From positions 1,860,001 to 1,924,000 of the forward strand of contig CP089281.1 of assembly GCA_023920165.1 (NCBI GenBank): DNA of 64,000 bases. Reading direction: 5' to 3'. Numbering within the stretch: position 1 is the first letter of the stretch; each line of letters begins with the position of its first letter. Shown piece by piece: positions 62,266-64,000 of the stretch. The notes below the pieces were generated by a model. It did no database searches and was not told the origin of the DNA. It saw only the letters and a program-made list of their open reading frames with translations. A program made the position numbers and the translations under genes. Source of the DNA: Curvularia clavata. Taxonomy: Eukaryota.

Positions 62266-64000
62266 TTATCAGTCACGCACACTTGATGCCTTCGTTTCTC
62301 CTAATACCCCCTTTGCCCTGTTTCTTTTCGTCCCAACTGCGTGGACTGACACGATGATTCTGTTGCTTCTGGTGTTTGGCGTTGGGCACATGGGTAATTG
62401 GTTGGCTGCTCGGTCGGTCGTTCGGTCGGTTGGGTTGTCTGCTGTGCTGACCCACACAAAATTGGGCACTCATGTATCACGAAAAGTCACATTTTCGGAT
62501 GGGTTTGTTCATACTGCGACAGCGAATAGTGGCAAGCTCAGGCCCTCGAGATTCTGCATACACTCACCACAATCAAGCAAGTCCGCATTTCTGATCGGTA
62601 CACCAACCTCTCCCCCGTCTCATTCTCCGTCTAGCCCACAAACACGTGTCGCACTCTGACTGCTATGGTGGCTTTTGTTCCCCCCTAGGATCCTGCAAGA
62701 AACATCCGAGCAAGTGAATCTGGATTAACGCGTGTTCACACAGCGAGCTGGAAACGGTCAAGGCACGGCTCTTGGAGCCATATCTGGTCGTCGGAACGTG
62801 TCTGCATCACGATCTCGCAGGTCGAAAAAGTATTCACCACGATCCTGATGAAATGAAGCAAGGATGGGAGAATGGCGTTCCGAGACATTGATCCATGATA
62901 AATGCACGATATTCTCTTGGTAGGCATGACATGATCCCTCGTCGCAAGCAACATCCGAAAAAACCCGCAACCACTCTGTACACGCATCCTGTGTCACTAT
63001 CAACTTCTTTCCAAAAAGGGTAGTAGAAGCTAATCAGTCTCGCTTGTACAAGGCCTGCTAGGGGATTGCTACCATCCAATGACATTACAACATGGACATG
63101 ACACGCTTCCACCGTTGGTACGGCAGGCGGGCCGACTCAACTGTCTGTTGTTGACTGCACAGGAAGCCAACAAGGGAATTTCGGCCGCAATAACGGAGCC
63201 AATTGAGCTGTAGGAGGCCTGTGGCATACCTAGGAGGAGGCCTTGACATCATGGTTTCTGGGAAACACCCATCATTTCTGATGCCAAGGCCCATGTTCTA
63301 CACTACCCCCCAAGAGGCAGCAAGCCTGCCGTGCAGAATCGAACCATGGAAGTCTCAACATCCTTACGCAAACCTGCTCAACCCCGATTCGTGGACGGAG
63401 AAAAAGAAAAAAGCCCGAGTAAATGACGAACACAACATGTCAAGTCCCAAGCCCACTATCCCTTGATAACCACGACAAACGCTCTTTCAAGCATGCCGAA
63501 GGTACATGCCTCCCCAAGCGACCTTTGTACCTAACCTCCCAAACCCCCTTCACCCGTGGCCCCCAAATCTCCAGCACATGGCCCCAGCCCAATCCCCCAC
63601 CCACATCGTGCCCTTCCCAATCTGCACCTGCAAGCCCACAGCACTCATCCCAGCCCCCCATCAACCGCACCTGCACGCACCCCTTCCCCATCCCAGCACC
63701 ACGAAGAACAACACAGACACACCGGAGCAGCAGAGCTGCAAGGCGCGCGGGTGGCCTAGCCTAGTCAGCAAGCCCACCTGCCCCGCGCAACATGTGTCAC
63801 CTCTGCGAGCCGGCAGTACAAGAGGTGACATAAGCGACCGAGGCAGTGCCCGCTGGATGACATGAGCGAGTGAAAAAGGATGCGCGACCGGGGTGAAAAG
63901 AGAAGGTCTAGGTCGTCGGATAAGTGCTTGGGTGGTACCGATGCTGCAGCTACGGTATAGCTGCAGTTGAGCAGGTTAGCAGGGGTGGGGGTGTGTGAGA

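Overview
Intron-containing DNA from a filamentous ascomycete (probably a Dothideomycete; the taxon is inferred). A compact backbone of housekeeping genes (UBX protein, Rac GTPase, CMS1, CENP-T, SHY1, VMA22-like, PDCD5, PH-domain protein, RSM22, SCO1, RWD protein, CAC2, MFS transporter, Fcr3-like bZIP) is interrupted by two metabolic islands, and neither island has a PKS, NRPS or terpene cyclase. Island 1 (~10.8-20.2 kb) encodes a Baeyer-Villiger monooxygenase, a UbiA prenyltransferase, a TauD/xanthine-dioxygenase-like Fe/2OG enzyme and an O-methyltransferase. Island 2 (~30.4-45.3 kb, ending near a tRNA-Cys) encodes an FAD oxidase, a decayed MFS gene, an SDR with altered catalytic motifs, a stand-alone AflR-like domain, a reductase, a TauD with a mitochondrial-type N-terminus, NmrA and a Zn2Cys6 regulator. 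The motif TCGGCGRATTT occurs in all three promoter regions serving five island-2 genes, suggesting a co-regulated unit. A Kex2-type cysteine-rich secreted protein is also present. Gene models were spliced by eye and family calls come from motif recognition, not database searches.
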